64,000 bases of DNA. It comes from the human T2T-CHM13v2.0 reference genome, Homo sapiens. The notes under the pieces were generated by a model, which was not told the DNA's origin, ran no database searches, and was given only the letters and a program-made list of their open reading frames with translations. Made by a program: the position numbers and the translations under genes. The stretch lies in NCBI RefSeq assembly GCF_009914755.1, contig NC_060935.1; one strand, written 5' to 3'. How positions within the stretch are numbered: the first letter of the stretch is position 1; each line of letters starts with the position of its first letter. Shown in pieces: positions 12,878 to 27,594 of this stretch.

Positions 12878-13410
12878 CAGTAGTGCCTTCCATTCCTGGT
12901 TTTGATAAAGTTTCAGTTTATTTATTCAACATTAATATCACTATAATCTGTAAGTTTTACATAAATGAAATATACAATATATGTTTTGCACATGTATTGT
13001 CAACTGCATGGTCAACTGAGGTCCAAAAATATTAAATGGAAAATTCCAGAAATAATTTATAAATTATAAATTGCTTGCCTTCTAAGTATCTGATCAAATC
13101 TTAGGCTGTCCTAATCCATCACACACAGGATGTGAATGATGTGAATCATCCCTTTGTACAGCGTATCCACAGTGTCTAAGCCACCCCGCCCATTAGTCAC
13201 TTAGTAGCTATCTCAGTTGTCACATTAACTGTTGGTATTACAGTGCTGGTGTTCAAATAACCCTTATTTTACATATTAATGACCCAAAGTGCAAAATTAG
13301 TGATAATGGCATATTGTTATAATTGTTTTATTATTAGTTGTTAATCTGTTACTGCACCTAATTTATAAATTAAACTTTATCATGGGTATTACGTATAGAA
13401 AAAAACAGTG
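12878..13410 (+). mobile_element. MER44 (Tigger7-derived) DNA transposon
   Basis: ta|cagtagt...ggtccaaaaatattaaatggaaaattccagaaataa...gtgaatcatccctttgt...cattagtcacttagtagc. Confidence 0.8.
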
Positions 13411-13419
13411 CAGATACAG

Positions 13420-13920
13420 TCACTGACCAAGATGGCCTAATGTTTCCTGCTGCCTGACTAACCTTTAGACAGGGTTCTTCCTGATTGTTGGCCTCTGACC
13501 TCCCTATTTTTAGACCATTCACTTTAAAAAAAACTTGCAAAGTGTACATTTTCTCTGCTCCTTTAAGATGTAAATCTTCTGGCCTCTTATCAGTTCTACA
13601 ATGCAGAACCATCTTTCTCAAAAACCTGGGTGTCATCTCTTTGAAATTCAATAATTAAGAAAGGTAGAACCTTTTTTTATCTCCTAATCTCTGTGGGAGA
13701 GTAGGAGCCTGACTTCCCTAAGCACCAATCAGCAAACACAGGTGGTCTAACCCTATTGACCAACATACAGTACTTTTCCACTTAGGGACTTCTGTGCTTA
13801 AAATCTCTCCTGCTTTTTTTTTCAGTGGCATTGAGCCCTCTTTCTGTGCCTTATTACAGTGGTCTTAAATAAAGTCTTTTGTTGCTGTTTAACTCTGTCA
13901 GGTGCAAATTGTCTTGGATA
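13420..13920 (+). mobile_element. ERV1 solo LTR (MER31/MER67-like)
   Basis: ctttagacagggttcttcctga...gatgtaaatcttct...gtcttaaataaagtc. Family approximate. Confidence 0.55.
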
Positions 13921-14248
13921 TTAGTTGAGTTTTTGACAATTATATGTGCTCTTGTAAACACCATAAGAAGGTATACAACATTTCCATTACTCTAAAAGTT
14001 TTCCTTGTGCCACTTTCCAAACAATCCCCCATTGACCTCTAGCCCACGACAAATATTGATTTGCTTTCTGTCTCTATTAATTAACTACACACTTTCTAAA
14101 ATTTCATAGAAATGGAAATATATCGTAAGTGCTTCTTTTGTCTGGCTCTGCTCCTTCTACATAAAGTTTCTGAAATTCATCAGTGTTACTGTGTCTGCTT
14201 CTTAATATTACATTGTTATAAGTATGCTACATTTAAAAAGTTAATTTA

Positions 14249-14680
14249 CCAGGGGGCACAGTGGCTCTTGCCTGTAGTATCAGCTATTCAGGAGGCTGAA
14301 GACGTAGGATCACTCAAGCCCAGGAGGTTGAGACCAGCCTGGGCAACATGGGGAGACCCCATCTCTACAAAACATAACAAAAAATAGCTGAGCACAGTGG
14401 TGTGTGCCTGTAGTCTCAGTGACTGGGGAGGCTGAGGGTGGAGAAACACATGAGCCCAAGGAAGTCGAATGGAGAGACCTCATCTCTACAAAAAATACAA
14501 AAAATAGCTGAGCACGGTGGTGTGTGCCTGTAGTCCCAGTGACTGGGGAGGCTGAGGGTGGAGAAACACATGAGCCCAAGGAAGTCGAGGCTGGAGTGAA
14601 CCATGATTGCACCACTGCACTCCAGCCCGGGCAATGGAGTGAGACCCCATCTCAAAACAAACAAACAATAACAACAACCC
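14249..14680 (+). mobile_element. AluJ-like element with an internal 120-bp tandem duplication
   Basis: Alu body in which 14349-14468 is repeated at 14469-14588. Confidence 0.9.
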
Positions 14681-14858
14681 CCCAAAACCCCCAAAATGTC
14701 AATTTACCTATTCATGGATGTATGGGCTCCTTTGAGTCTTTTCAGGCCATTATGAACAAAGCTCCGTGAATATTTGTGTGCAGTTATTTGTGTGAAGTTT
14801 TTTTTGTCTTGACTACCTAAAAATGGAATAACTTATTTATATTTTACATGTATGGAAA

Positions 14859-15600
14859 TGAGGACTGAACTCTTAATTTTTTTATCTTGCCCAAATCCCT
14901 ATCTAAGGGGTCTGGGGAGTCATGCCCTACAAATCATAAATTCTCATCAGATGGATTTTATTTAACCCCGTATATCATGATTTACTTTCCAACCTAACTC
15001 TGGCATAACATTACAAGACAAAGAAGAAAATTAAAATATGTTACCCAAAAACATGTTTCTTTGCCATATTTTGAAATGACCCTCCAAAGCGTTTCTTTGT
15101 GGGGGAAAATGTGCAGCTGTAAAGAATCTCTATTAACATACCTAGATTTTTTTCTTCCAGACCCTCCCAATCCTAAAGAGATTAACTAAGAGCTGAATAG
15201 GAAACATTGGGCACCTGTTGCCTCTAAGGGCAGCCACTATAAGACTTCAAAAGAACTTTGGTCTCCACAATCTTTATCTGAACCTGAACATTCCCTTTCT
15301 ATCTATCCCAGGTCTTCAGACAAACTCAACCAATTGTCAACCAGAAAAATGTTTAAATTTACCTATAGCCTGGAAGCTCCTGCTTTGAGTTGTTCTGCCT
15401 TTCTGGACCAAACCAATGTACTTCTTAAATGTATTTGATTGATGTCTCATGCTCTCTAAAATGCATAAAACCAAGCTGTGCTGAACCACCTCGGGTTCTC
15501 AGGACTTGCTGAGGGCTGTGTCACGGGCCATGGTCACTCATATTTGGCTCAGAATAAATCTCTTCAAATATTTTACAGAGTTCCACTCTTTTTGTCGACA
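14859..15600 (+). mobile_element. MER4-family 5' LTR (MER4D-like)
   Basis: TG...CA termini (tgaggactgaactct...ttgtcgaca), aataaa ~15553, followed by a PBS. Confidence 0.85.
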
Positions 15601-16002
15601 ATAATATGGCGCCCAAACACGTGGGGCCTCAGAGAAGACTCTGGATCCGGAAGGAGTATCCCAAAACCAGAGCTAAGGTACCAGCTGGAGCCCACTGAAG
15701 CCTCACCGAGTTTGGGCTTCTCCTCCTGTGGAACTGGTAAGTCCTCCTGAGCCTCGGACCTCCTGTTTTGGTTGATAGTCCTTGATGTATTCTGAGCTGT
15801 TTTATTCTCCTAGGAATTTGTTGCTTTAGGATCCCAATTCGAGTTCAAAGATGCATTTCTAAAGGGTCTCCTCAATTGCTTTTCTCTCAGAATTAATCTC
15901 AATTTGGCTTGTTTGTGCATATTTGAGTGAGGAACTGAACTGTCATTTTCATCCACGGCTCATCAGTTCCTCCTTTAAAAAAAAAAAAAAAAAAAAAGTA
16001 GG

Positions 16003-16315
<313 letters not shown>

Positions 16316-19311
16316 CTAAGAATATGGAAAAAAAACAAGGAGAATGACCCCCTTTTGAGCACACCGTAGGTTTTGTGGCACCTCTACTTTCCAGAGTTTA
16401 TGGAAAATGGAAGTAATATAGTCTTTGTGTACATTTTACTTTAAGGAAAAAGGTGCCTAAGGTCGACCTGCAAACTATAGAGTTCCTAAGTTCTCTTTCT
16501 CTATTTTCTGCCTGCTTTAAATCTGGTGTTACTTTCATACTGAGATAAAAAACCACTGTTTGGATCTAACCGTTTTTTTGCAAACCGGCAAATTTATATT
16601 CATCTCATGGCCAAAGTACTAAAGTAAATCTATAGGATCTTTGTGTGTGTACGTATATGTATGTATATATGTGTGTATGTATTTGAAGGCCTTCATAAAT
16701 TCTATAATTTTATGTTTAATTGGAAGTTACATTCATTTTAATTTTCCTTTAGCGTACCAAACTTTTTCTTTTTGTACCTTATTACGTAAATTTTGCTATC
16801 TGATTGTCACCTGGGTTGTTTCCTTTAATATGCAAATTTATGTCTATTTAGCTGAAAACTGCTTAGGGTGGTGCAACATGTTATCGAGAATTTGAAAATC
16901 TAAAATTGAAAAAAAAAAAAGGAAAAGGAAGTCTTTATGAATCTATAAAATGTACCTCTATCGGCATGCCTAGATATGTCCATGTATTTATGTTATGCAG
17001 TGTTTCACTGCTAAAATATATATATGTAAAGAGTTCCAATTAATTGGCTAAAAAAATAGGTAAAAGTGCTTAAATCAGAGACTTAAAAAAGAAAAGACTA
17101 GTCAAATATTTTTTCAGGTTCACATGACTTAAGTAAAATCTTTAATAAATAAGATGGCTTTAAAACTATTGGTAAAATAATATCAACAATGTTAGCATTT
17201 TGTTTGCATTTATTGATCAAGTAGTTTCATGTTTATTCCTGCCTAGTGGGCCAGATAATGCCATTGTAAGTTCTCTTTGCCCTGAGAAGGGTTGACTGCC
17301 CCACTCTTCCTATAAAATACCAAGTGAAGTACACCAGATGAAGCAGTTAATATGTTTCATATGCAAGCCATGTTGGACTAGCTTTATAACTGGGATATCC
17401 TCCTGCCAAATATGCCTATTACCTAGGTCATGGTAAATTTGGGGGTTAAGGGGACCCCCTTTACATGGGTGCTCCTCTGACAGAATGACAGGACTATTTA
17501 AGTAGACTTATCAAATCTGCGGTCCCTCATAGGTTTTATAGATGTAACTCCCTGCTGGGAAACCAAATCCTTTTCACCAGAAAAGGTAAAATGGTCTGGG
17601 GGTAAAAAAGGGTTCCTGAGACCTGAACATAAAAACATACAGTTTAATAGAATTATAAAATTTAAGATGTTTAAACAAGCTTTATGTAAGGTAGTTGTAA
17701 CCCCCTTTTACCAAAAAGTCTTATGAAAATGGGTACTGTATCTAACTGGGGGTTGTTTTTCTCTTTTCTAGTACTATAAAAACTGAAGACATATAAATCG
17801 GCTCTTTAGGAAATGTTATTTAAACATTTATTAAATTTATTTATTTAAAAATGTTATTTAAACACACTAAATAGGAACTAGTAAAAGCCCACAAAATATA
17901 GGGTAAAGCTTTCCTTTGCTGCATAGCCCTTTATGTGGAGCTTTTATCGGGGCTGATGGAAAAAACTGTGAGTACCTTTCAATGACAATGACCGAACTAG
18001 AGAATTTCTACTTGATAGGGCATTTACTGCCTTGCTATGAGATATTAACTGAAGCTACCCCTATGCTAATGGAAATTATGTTTCCCAAAAGAGTCCTATG
18101 ATAAAATAAAAATGGCTTACACAAAATCTTGCTACTTAATAAGCAGAGAGCCTCTTTTCTAGGACTAATTGTGAGGAGCTGCTAAATTCTACAGTGCCTA
18201 ATAGTTCTCATTAGCTGTTTGGTTTGTAAATGGCATTTCCCAGGTAAACAAACACTTGTTTTAAAAGCTGCGGCTCTGGTTAAAGAAGGGTCAAAAAAAA
18301 AAAATCTTTTAAGTTATTTGGATAAAGTACATTTTTGTAAGCAAACTTACCTTTCTGAGTCCTCCAAAATTCAGATTGAATTTTATGACAATATAGTTGT
18401 CTGCCTAAGTTCAATTATAGTTTTTTTTTTCTTCAAACAATTGGAGACACTGGTTATTTTACCAAGACTGAAACTAAAATATTCTATTTTTAGGTAAACT
18501 TTCAGCAAAACCAACTCGAAAGGAGTCTATATGGCCAATCAATTCTTGCTGCATTTTATGCAGCTATTCAGGCAAGCATAATAAGCCTAAAACTTACCTT
18601 GCACGCAAATTGGCCTTGCTATAACTTTTTGTTTAATAAAAAGGGCAGCTAGAAAAAATGTTTCAAGGGTAAAGCGTAACACTTAATACTAGATTTCAGC
18701 CCTAACTTTTTGAGTACAGATTAAATCATTATTTCTTGGCTACAAGAATCCTCTAGAAAGCACCAAGTTATAATTTTTCTTCATATTTTTAGTTGGTACC
18801 CTAATGTAATAGGTTCCTTTTTCTATTCTGATCTATGAATTACTCCTATAATTGTCAAACTATAAATGTTAATTATCTCTCCTTGTTTTACATCCAAGGA
18901 AACCAAAATCATGGTATTTTGAAAACCAGAGGTATGAATCTCCCTCGTTTGGCATCCCACTGGGCCTGGACCTGTTTCACTGCTAATGTTCTGCTGCCAA
19001 AACTATACAAGCTGCCTGGACTATTGCAGAAGAGGTGGGTGCATAAGATTGTAAGGACCGGCTTTCAGGGAAAAAATTAGCTTAAGGTCAAACCCTCCAA
19101 ATCAAGAAAGGGGGTACAAAAATGCCTAAACAGCAGGTAAAACAAGTTTAGTTGCCTTCTAAGCTATTATGTGTCACTTTTGCATCCACCCCAACCATAA
19201 AAATTTTCTGCTTACTATAGAATTAAAGGAAATTCTTTACTAACAGGATAAAAATATTTTGTAACAAAGCCTCCTGGGTATAATACTACCAATCATGAGT
19301 TGTGAAGATCG

Positions 19312-19353
<42 letters not shown>
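19312..19353. repeat. (ATCT)10 tetranucleotide STR
   Basis: Perfect run. Confidence 0.95.
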
Positions 19354-19645
19354 GTAACTATATTTTTCAGAAGAATGCTTATGTTTGGTATATAAGGCTA
19401 ACTGTTACAAGTCTGTAACAAAAACCAAGCTCACAGTAGCTCAACACATAGAAGTTAAAAATAAGTCCGTCTTTTAACTTTTGTTTTGTTTTGTTTTGTT
19501 GTTGGCTTTTTTACTTAAAATAATAATTTTACGAAGTAACAAGTGCCTGTCCACATCCATTCCTATATGGCTTAGAACAATTAATTGGCTATATGTCCTT
19601 TGTCTCTTAAGGCCCTTGGCCATAGGGAGTCCTGCCAAGGGACAA

Positions 19646-19685
19646 AAACAACAACAACAACAACAACAACAAAAACACAAAAAAC
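19646..19685. repeat. (CAA)n repeat
   Basis: Visible run. Confidence 0.9.
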
Positions 19686-20099
19686 CACTGTAGAATTATT
19701 TGACTTCTCCTGTGACAAAACTTCCTCTTCTCTCCCAAATACCAGTCAGTATATGGTGCAATACAAAAATGGTAGGAAAAATAGATTTGTCTACTGTTAA
19801 CAAGTTTATAACAATTTAGACACTGAGGACCAGGCATTCCTTGCATTTGATTTATACCCTTCTCAGGATGTTATACCTATGGAGATAAATTGGCCAGAAG
19901 AGAGACTATTTATTAAAATCTTCAAATAAGATTTATCATAAGGTTCAAATGACCCTGGATAAGGAGGGTAAACACATTGTGAGTCTGATCAAAGCATATG
20001 ATGGTGCATGTAGTGACGTTTTTGGCTGCTTAGGTTGTTTACTGTCCTCTGACTCTACCTATAACATTTTTGGATGCCTACTTTCACTATCTTTATGAT

Positions 20100-20950
20100 A
20101 TTTTATGTTATGAAGGCAGCTCCTTTCCTTAAACCTCATGAATCATCCTCTACTACCTTTTAACTTTTCTTTTGCAGCTACCTCACCTCTCTTAGCTTTC
20201 TTAGAATTGATGAGTTAGGACCTTGCTCTGGATAGGCTTTGGTGTAAAGGAATATTGTTGCTTGTTTGGTCTTCTATCCAGACCACTAAAACCTTTTCTG
20301 TATCAGCAATAAGACTGGTTCACTTTCTTATCATTTGTGTCTTCACCGAAGTAGCACTTTTAATTTCCTTTAAAACCTTTGCATTCACAACTTGGCTTAT
20401 TCTTTGGTGCAAGAGGCATAGCTTTTGACCTTTGTAATCTTTCACAATGCCTTCCTCACTAAGATTAATAATTTTTTTTATTTTTGATTTAAAGTGAGTC
20501 ATTAGCTTTTTATTTCATGTGAATACTTAGAAACCATTGTAGGGATATTAATTGGTCTAATTTCAATATTGTTTTCTCTCAGTTAATAGGAAGGTTGTGA
20601 AAAGAGGGAGTGAGATTGAGGAATGGCTGGTCAGTAGGGCAGTCAACACATACATTTATTGATTAAATTCATCATCTTAAGTGGGTATGGTTCATGGCAC
20701 CTGAAAACATTTATAACAGTATTATGAAAGATCATTGATTGCAGGTCACCATAACTAATATAATGAAGAAGTTTGAAATATTGTGAGAATTATCAGAATG
20801 TGACACAGAGACAAGAGGTGAGCACATGCTCTTGGGAAAATGGTGTTGATAGACTTACTTGATGCAAGGTTCCCACAGACCTTCAATTTGTAACAAAAAC
20901 AATATCTGCTAGGCACAATAAAGTGAAGCACAATAAATGAGGTATGCCTA
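20100..20950 (-). mobile_element. Tigger1 DNA transposon 5' part
   Basis: Terminal ...gaggtatgcct at ~20940. Minus ORF 20320..20502 resembles a decayed Tigger/pogo transposase N-terminus (LSEEG...SQVVNAK..LKEIKSAT). Confidence 0.88.
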
Positions 20951-21841
20951 TATGAACAATTATAGGTTAAAAATAAAAGGATTGAATAATAGTGTGCAAA
21001 CATGAATCTTAAAAAATGTGAAATGAGTATATTACTAGAACATATAATAGTCCAGAATAAATCATATTATCAGGTATACAGATGAACACGTATAATAAAA
21101 AGGTCAGTTTATCACAAAGGCATAATAATCATAAATATATACACCCAACAACAAAGCAAAATATATCCAGCAAAATCTTCCAGAACTCAAAGAGCAAATA
21201 GACAAATTTACATTATAGTTGGAAAATAAACATTCCTCTCTCGTAAGCTGACGCAACAAAAAGAAAATAAGTAAAAATACAGAAGACTTAACATTATTAT
21301 ACAATTTGACCTGATTGACATTTATAAAATATTTCACTCAATGTCAACAGAACACATACTGTCTCAAGTGCACCTTGCAACACAAAAACAAGACCTTCTA
21401 CTGAGTCATAAAGTAAGTTTTAGTAAATTTCACAGGATTAAAGTTATACAGAATATGTTCTTTGGCCAAAATGAAATTAATGAAAAAATCAATCGCACAG
21501 ATACATCTGGAAAGTTGCTAACATTTGGAAATTAAACAAGGATGTGAATAATGCATGGGTCAAAGAAGAACTCACAATGGAAGTTAGAAAATACTTTGTA
21601 ATGAATAAAAATTCAGTATAAAATGCACTTTATATTTGTGAATACAGCTAAAATGTGCTTAAAAGAACAGGTATAGCTCTTCTCAATGAGAAAAAAAGAT
21701 ATAAAATTGAACTTGTGTTGTATATTATGAAAATAGGAAAAGAAGAGTAAATTAAGCCAAATTAAGTAGAAGGAAGGAACTATGAAAATGTGACTAGAAA
21801 TAATGAACTAGAAACAACAGAAGAAATAAATGAAACTCTAA

Positions 21842-22174
<333 letters not shown>

Positions 22175-22295
22175 TTTAAATTATATTTTTAAAGATCAAT
22201 ACAATTAATAAACTCTAGATGGAGTGATCAAAAAGAAAAGACACAGATAACCATTAGCAGAAATGTTGGAAGTGATCAAAATTGAAAATCTGAAC

Positions 22296-22425
22296 AAATA
22301 TATATTTGAAATATATGTATAATTGAAATATATATATTTACATATATAATTTGAAATATATATAATTGAAATATATATTTACATATATAATTTGAAATAT
22401 ATATATTATTTATATATATAAATGA
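22296..22425. repeat. AT-rich tandem repeat (~45-bp unit aattgaaatatatatatttacatatataatttgaaatatatat)
   Basis: Two to three visible copies. Confidence 0.75.
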
Positions 22426-22589
22426 ATTTGTAATTAAAAATCTTTCTATAAGCAATTCTCCAGTCCCAGATGGGTACACTGGTGTTTTCTACCAAACATT
22501 TAAGAAATTACACCCATCTCATACAAATATTTTCAGAAAACAGAGGCAGAAGGAATATGCCCCAATTCATCTTATGAAGCAGTTTTAAG

Positions 22590-23460
22590 ATATACCTGGG
22601 ATTTTGTTTAATCAGGTATGGTAAGACATACAGACATGAAAATGTTGGTCATGAAGGAAGATGCTTTTATGGTAGTCACATCACAGTCATGAATAACTAA
22701 TAGGCATGTCGTGCTGTTAAGGGCCACTCAGGGAAGCACAGAGACAGAATGGCAGACAGAGAGAGGACTGGAGGGTGACTATTGTGGTTTTCCTGGGAAA
22801 AAAATGGGAGAAGAAAAGTAAGCAAGTTAAACAAGTTGAATATTAAATAGTTTGAATAACTTGTATAATTCAGTGAGGTCTCAGCTATAGGTTGGTCCCT
22901 AGTTGTTAGGCCCTGATCCTGGGGTGACTAAACCGGAGGGACAGTGTCACAGATTGCTCACAAGCAAATCGTTTACTGTCTCTAAGAAGTAACCCTGTAA
23001 AAAGCAGTCCCTCCCTGGCTCTACAAAGTCCTAGGTGCCACAGAATCAAGAACATGGAAAATACATATTTTGTACATGTATCAAAATACCACTCTGTATT
23101 CTATAAATATGCACAATTATGTGTCAGCTGGAAATAAAAGGAAAAAACAAAAAAATACTGGCCCTACCCATACTTCAGCTTCCTCACCTCCAATAAGACT
23201 CAAGTATTTGCAGCTGCTGGTATGGTAACTCATGTTCTGTCCACCTGTAAGGCTGAGATCTATGAGACAGTAATGGACAGAGCTACATCAGTGTCTGCAG
23301 GGCACATCATGGAGTCCAGTCAATTTCCATGGACAAGCTCCCCAATCTGGAAGGACACTTCCTCTGAGGATGTCAGTGCAAAAGACATCAGCCATGATTC
23401 ATGGGCAGCCAGAGAGGGATTCATATCTTACCACTTTGTTTCTTAGCATTTAAGGTGGCC
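22590..23460. mobile_element. Old ERVL-type LTR (MER76-like) with a small L1 3' piece at ~23065-23150
   Basis: gtaagcaagtt...gtttgaataa...gtccctagttgt...ccctg...ggggtgact motif. Family from memory. Confidence 0.45.
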
Positions 23461-23617
23461 CCTCCCCTGCTGCTTTCTTTTCTCTTTTCAATGTTTTTGA
23501 GAAATTTTATGACAAGGTAATTTGAGCAGGTTTATTCTTTGTTTTGCTTAGTGTTCTTTACAGCATTTTGGATCTGTGGGTTTCATTTTCATCAAATTTG
23601 GAAATGTTTTAGAAATG

Positions 23618-26200
23618 TGATATGTTTTGTCTGTGACTCCACCCAAATCTCATCTTGAATTGTAGCTCTTATAATTCCCACGTGTCGTGGATGGAAGCTG
23701 GTGGGAGGTAATTGAGTCATGGGGGCGGGTCTTTCCCATGCTATTCTCGTGGTAGTGAATAAGTCTCAGGAGATCTGACGGTTTTACAAATGGGAGTTCC
23801 CCTGCACAGGCTATCTTTTGCCTGCCACCATGTAAGAAGTCCCTTTGTTGGGCCAGGCATGGTGGCTTACACTTGTAACCACCATGGGAGGTGGCTTACA
23901 CTTGTAACCACTTGGGAGGCCAAGGTGGGCGGATTACTTGAGGTCAGGTGTTCGAGACCAGCCTGGCCAACATGGTGAAACCCCATCTCTACTAAAAAAA
24001 AAAATACAAAAATTAGACAGGCGTGGTGGCACATGCCCATAGTCTCAGCTACTTGGAAGGCTGAGGCACGAGAATTACTTGAACCCAGAAGGCAGATTGC
24101 AGTTAGCTGAGATGGTGCTATTGTACTCCAACCTGGGCAATGCAGTGAGACTCCATCTCAAAAAAGAAAAAAAGAAGTACCTTTTCTCTTCCTTCATCTC
24201 TGCCGTGATTGTGAGGCCTTTCCGGCCATGTGAAACTGTGAGTCCATTAAACCTCTTTTCTCTATAAATTACCCAGTCTCAGGTATGTCTTTATTAGCAA
24301 TGTGAGAACAGACTAATACAGTAAATTGGTACTGGTTGAGTGGAGTACTACTGTATAGGTACCTGAAAATGTAAAAGCGACTTTGGAACTGGATAACAGG
24401 CAGAAGTTGGAACAGTTTGGAGGGCTCAGAAGAAGACAGGAAGATGTGGAAAGTTTGGAACTTCCTAGAGACTTGTGGAATGGCTTTGACCAAAATGCTG
24501 ATGTTGATATGGACAATAAGGTCTAGGCTGAGGTGGTCTCAGATGGAAATGAGGAACTTGTTGAGATCTAGAGTAAAGCTCACTCTTGCTATGCAAAGAG
24601 ACTTGTGACATTGTGCCCCTGCCCTAGAGATCTGTGGACATTTGAATTTGAGAGAGATGATTTAGAGCATTGAGTAGAAGAAATTTCTTAGTGGCAAAGC
24701 GTTCAAGAAGAAGCAGAGCATAAGAGTTTGGAAAATTTGCAGCCTGACAATGAGATAGAAAAGAAAATACCATTTTCTGAGGGGAAATTCAAGTCAGCTG
24801 GAGAAATTTACATAAGTAATGAGGAGCCAAATGTTAATTGCCAAGACAATGGGAAACATGTCTCCAGGATATGTTAGAGGTCTTCACAGCAGCCCTATCT
24901 ATCACAAGCCAGGAGACCTAGGAGGAAAAAATGGTTTTGTGGGCCAGGTCCAGGGCCTTGCTGCTTCATGCAGTCTCAAGATTTGGTGCTCTGTGTTCCA
25001 GATGTGGCTTAAAGGGGCCAACATAGAGCTCAGGTCATTGCTTCAGAGAGTGCAAGCCCCAAGCCTTGGTGGGTTACATGTGGTATTGGGCCTGAGGGTG
25101 CACAGAAGTCAAGAATTCAGGTTTGCAAACCTCTGCCTAGATTTCAAAAAATGTATGGAAATACCTGGAGGTCCAGACAGAGGGGTGCTGCAGGGATGGA
25201 GCCCTCATGGAGAACCTCTGCTAGGGCAGTGAGGAAGGGAAATGTGGGGTACAAGCACCCACAGAGTTCCCACTGGGGTACTACCTAGTGGAGCTGTTAG
25301 AAGAGGGCTACCATCCTGCAGGCCCCAGAATGGTAGATCCATTGACAGCTTTCACCATGCAGCTGAAAAAGCTGCAGACAATGCCCCCTCGTGAAAGCAG
25401 CCAGGAGGGGGCTGTACCCTGCAAAGCCACAGGGGAGGAGCTGCCTAAGACCATCGGAACCCACCTCTTGCATCAGCGTGACCTGGATGTGAGACATGGA
25501 GTCAATGAAGATCATTTTGGAGCTTTAAGATTTGACTTCCGCTCTGGATTTCAGACTTGCATTGAACGTTTAGCCCCTTTGTTTTGTCCGATTTCTTCTA
25601 TTTGGAATGGGTGTACTTTCCCAATGCCTATACCCTCATTGTATCTAGAAAGTAACTAACTAAATTACTTTTGATTTTACAGGCTCCTAGGCAGAAGGGA
25701 TTTGCCTTGTCTAAGATGGAACTTTGGACTGTGGACTTTTGGGTTAATAGTGAAATGAGTTAAGACTTTTGGGGACTGTTAGGAAGGTGTAATTGGTTTT
25801 GAAATGTGAGGACATAAGATTTGGGAGGGGCCAGGGGCAGAATGATATAGTTTGTGACCCCACCCCAATCTCATCTTGAATCGTAGCTGCCGTAATTCCC
25901 ACATATTATGGGAGGGCCCCAGTGGGAGATAATTGAACCATAGAGGGGAGTCTTTCCTGTGCTGTTCTCAGTGTGGTGAATAAGTCTTATGAGTCCTGAT
26001 GGTTTTATAAATGGGAGTTCCTCTGCACAAGCTCTCCCTTACCCGCCACCACATAAGAAGTCCCTTTACTCTTTCCTCATCTTCTGCCATGACTGTGAGG
26101 CCTCCCCAGCCATGTGGAACGGTGAGTCCATTAAAGCTCTTTTCTTTATAAATTACCCAAACTCAGCTATATCTTTATTGGCAGTGAACAGACTAATACA
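23618..26200 (+). mobile_element. Complete THE1 MaLR element (5' LTR 23618-24320, internal 24321-25842, 3' LTR 25843-26200)
   Basis: Both LTRs run tgatat...gactaataca. Polypurine tract gggaggggccaggggcagaa precedes the 3' LTR. 5-bp TSD aaatg at 23613-23617 and 26201-26205. Confidence 0.95.
23851..24173 (+). mobile_element. Alu inserted in the THE1 5' LTR, with a short 5' tandem duplication
   Basis: Alu body; ggtggcttacacttgtaaccac occurs twice. Confidence 0.92.
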
Positions 26201-26205
26201 AAATG

Positions 26206-27400
26206 TTTTTAAAATTCTCATCCCAACTCATTCTGACATACCCAGTTATTCATATGTTAGACCAGTTGATATGGTCTCACAAGTCAGTGAAGCACTAATC
26301 ATTTTCCCACTCTTTTATCTTTGCTTCAGCTTGGATTTTTCCAGCTATATTTATTATATCTTCAATTTTAGTGACTTCTTTATTTGTATTTAATATACTG
26401 TTAATTTAATTTAGTGAATTTTTGAATTTTTGGTATTTTTAAAAGTTCCATTTACTTCTTTTTAATATCTTTCATTCCTCTCTTTGTGTTCATGTTTTTT
26501 TTTTAATTACTGAGCATAGTTAACATATTCGTAATATATGTTTAAGTTAATTTTTCCTAATTCTATTTTTTTTCATTTCTGTGTCTGTTTCTATTGATTT
26601 TTATCTTCTCCCAATCATGTATTTTGTTTTCCTGCTTTTTGGCATGCCTAGAAATTTATTATTGGATACTAGACATCGTGTATGTTAAATACCTGGATTT
26701 TGTAGTCTTTGTTCTGGTGGGCAGTTACTTGCAGATAAGTCTGATTTTTTCAAACTAGTTTTTAAGCATCCTTAGGCTAGGCCTAGAGTCATCTTTATGC
26801 TACAGGTAATTTACCACTACTACTAAGACATGACTCTTATGGTCTCTCTACTAAATGCCCTGTTTGAACAACAAGGACTCTCCATGCCTCTGGCCAAAAT
26901 TCAAGCATCTACCTCTGGAGGTGTGAATGCTGAGGATTGTTTAGTTTATCGCTAACCAGTTCTTCACTACCTAGCATTGTGGAGAAAAGAAAGAATAAAA
27001 AGATGTGACCTTTTTCAGTTTCATTCTGTGCACATGCAGCTTATCAATGAGCAGACTCAACATGAGCAATATGCACACCTACAAAGTTCTTTGCATAGTT
27101 CTTACTGTGGAACCCTTCCCTACAACTTCCAGCTTCCCCAGACTCCCTGAATTTTTATTTCTGTTCATCAACTCACCTTCAACTCAGGATAACTGCTGTG
27201 CTCTACTTATAATCCTTTTCCCTGGATGATGATCTGGAATGCTCCTCCAGGCAGTAAATGGATAATTATAGGATTACTCTCATTTATTTATCTTGTCTCA
27301 GAAGTCACAGTCCTTCTCACTTTTGTTCCATTTCTGGGAAACCATGTTTTCAATATTTTGTCCTATCTTCTAATTGCTTATTGTGGAAGCATAATTATAG
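26206..27400 (-). mobile_element. Old L1M fragment
   Basis: T-rich decayed antisense L1, continuous with sequence left of the THE1. Confidence 0.55.
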
Positions 27401-27594
27401 TGCTTCCATCATTTCCAATAGTAGAATTCCCTGTACCTCACTTTAAATTGCATATTAGAGATTGCAAATCGGTTACCAAATATAATGTTCATGTGAATCC
27501 AATAGTTTGTAATCTTTTAATTTATAAAATAATTGTGATAATTCAATCTATATATTAGAAATTACTTAAGTATTATAGTTAAGAAAGATTTTAG

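Noticed and set aside
19474-19846. Poly-Q, poly-C, poly-T and poly-L ORFs
   Set aside because: Six-frame readings of a (CAA)n microsatellite inside ERV sequence.
24819-25659. 137-aa and 123-aa ORFs
   Set aside because: Fragments of the decayed THE1 internal region, not intact genes.
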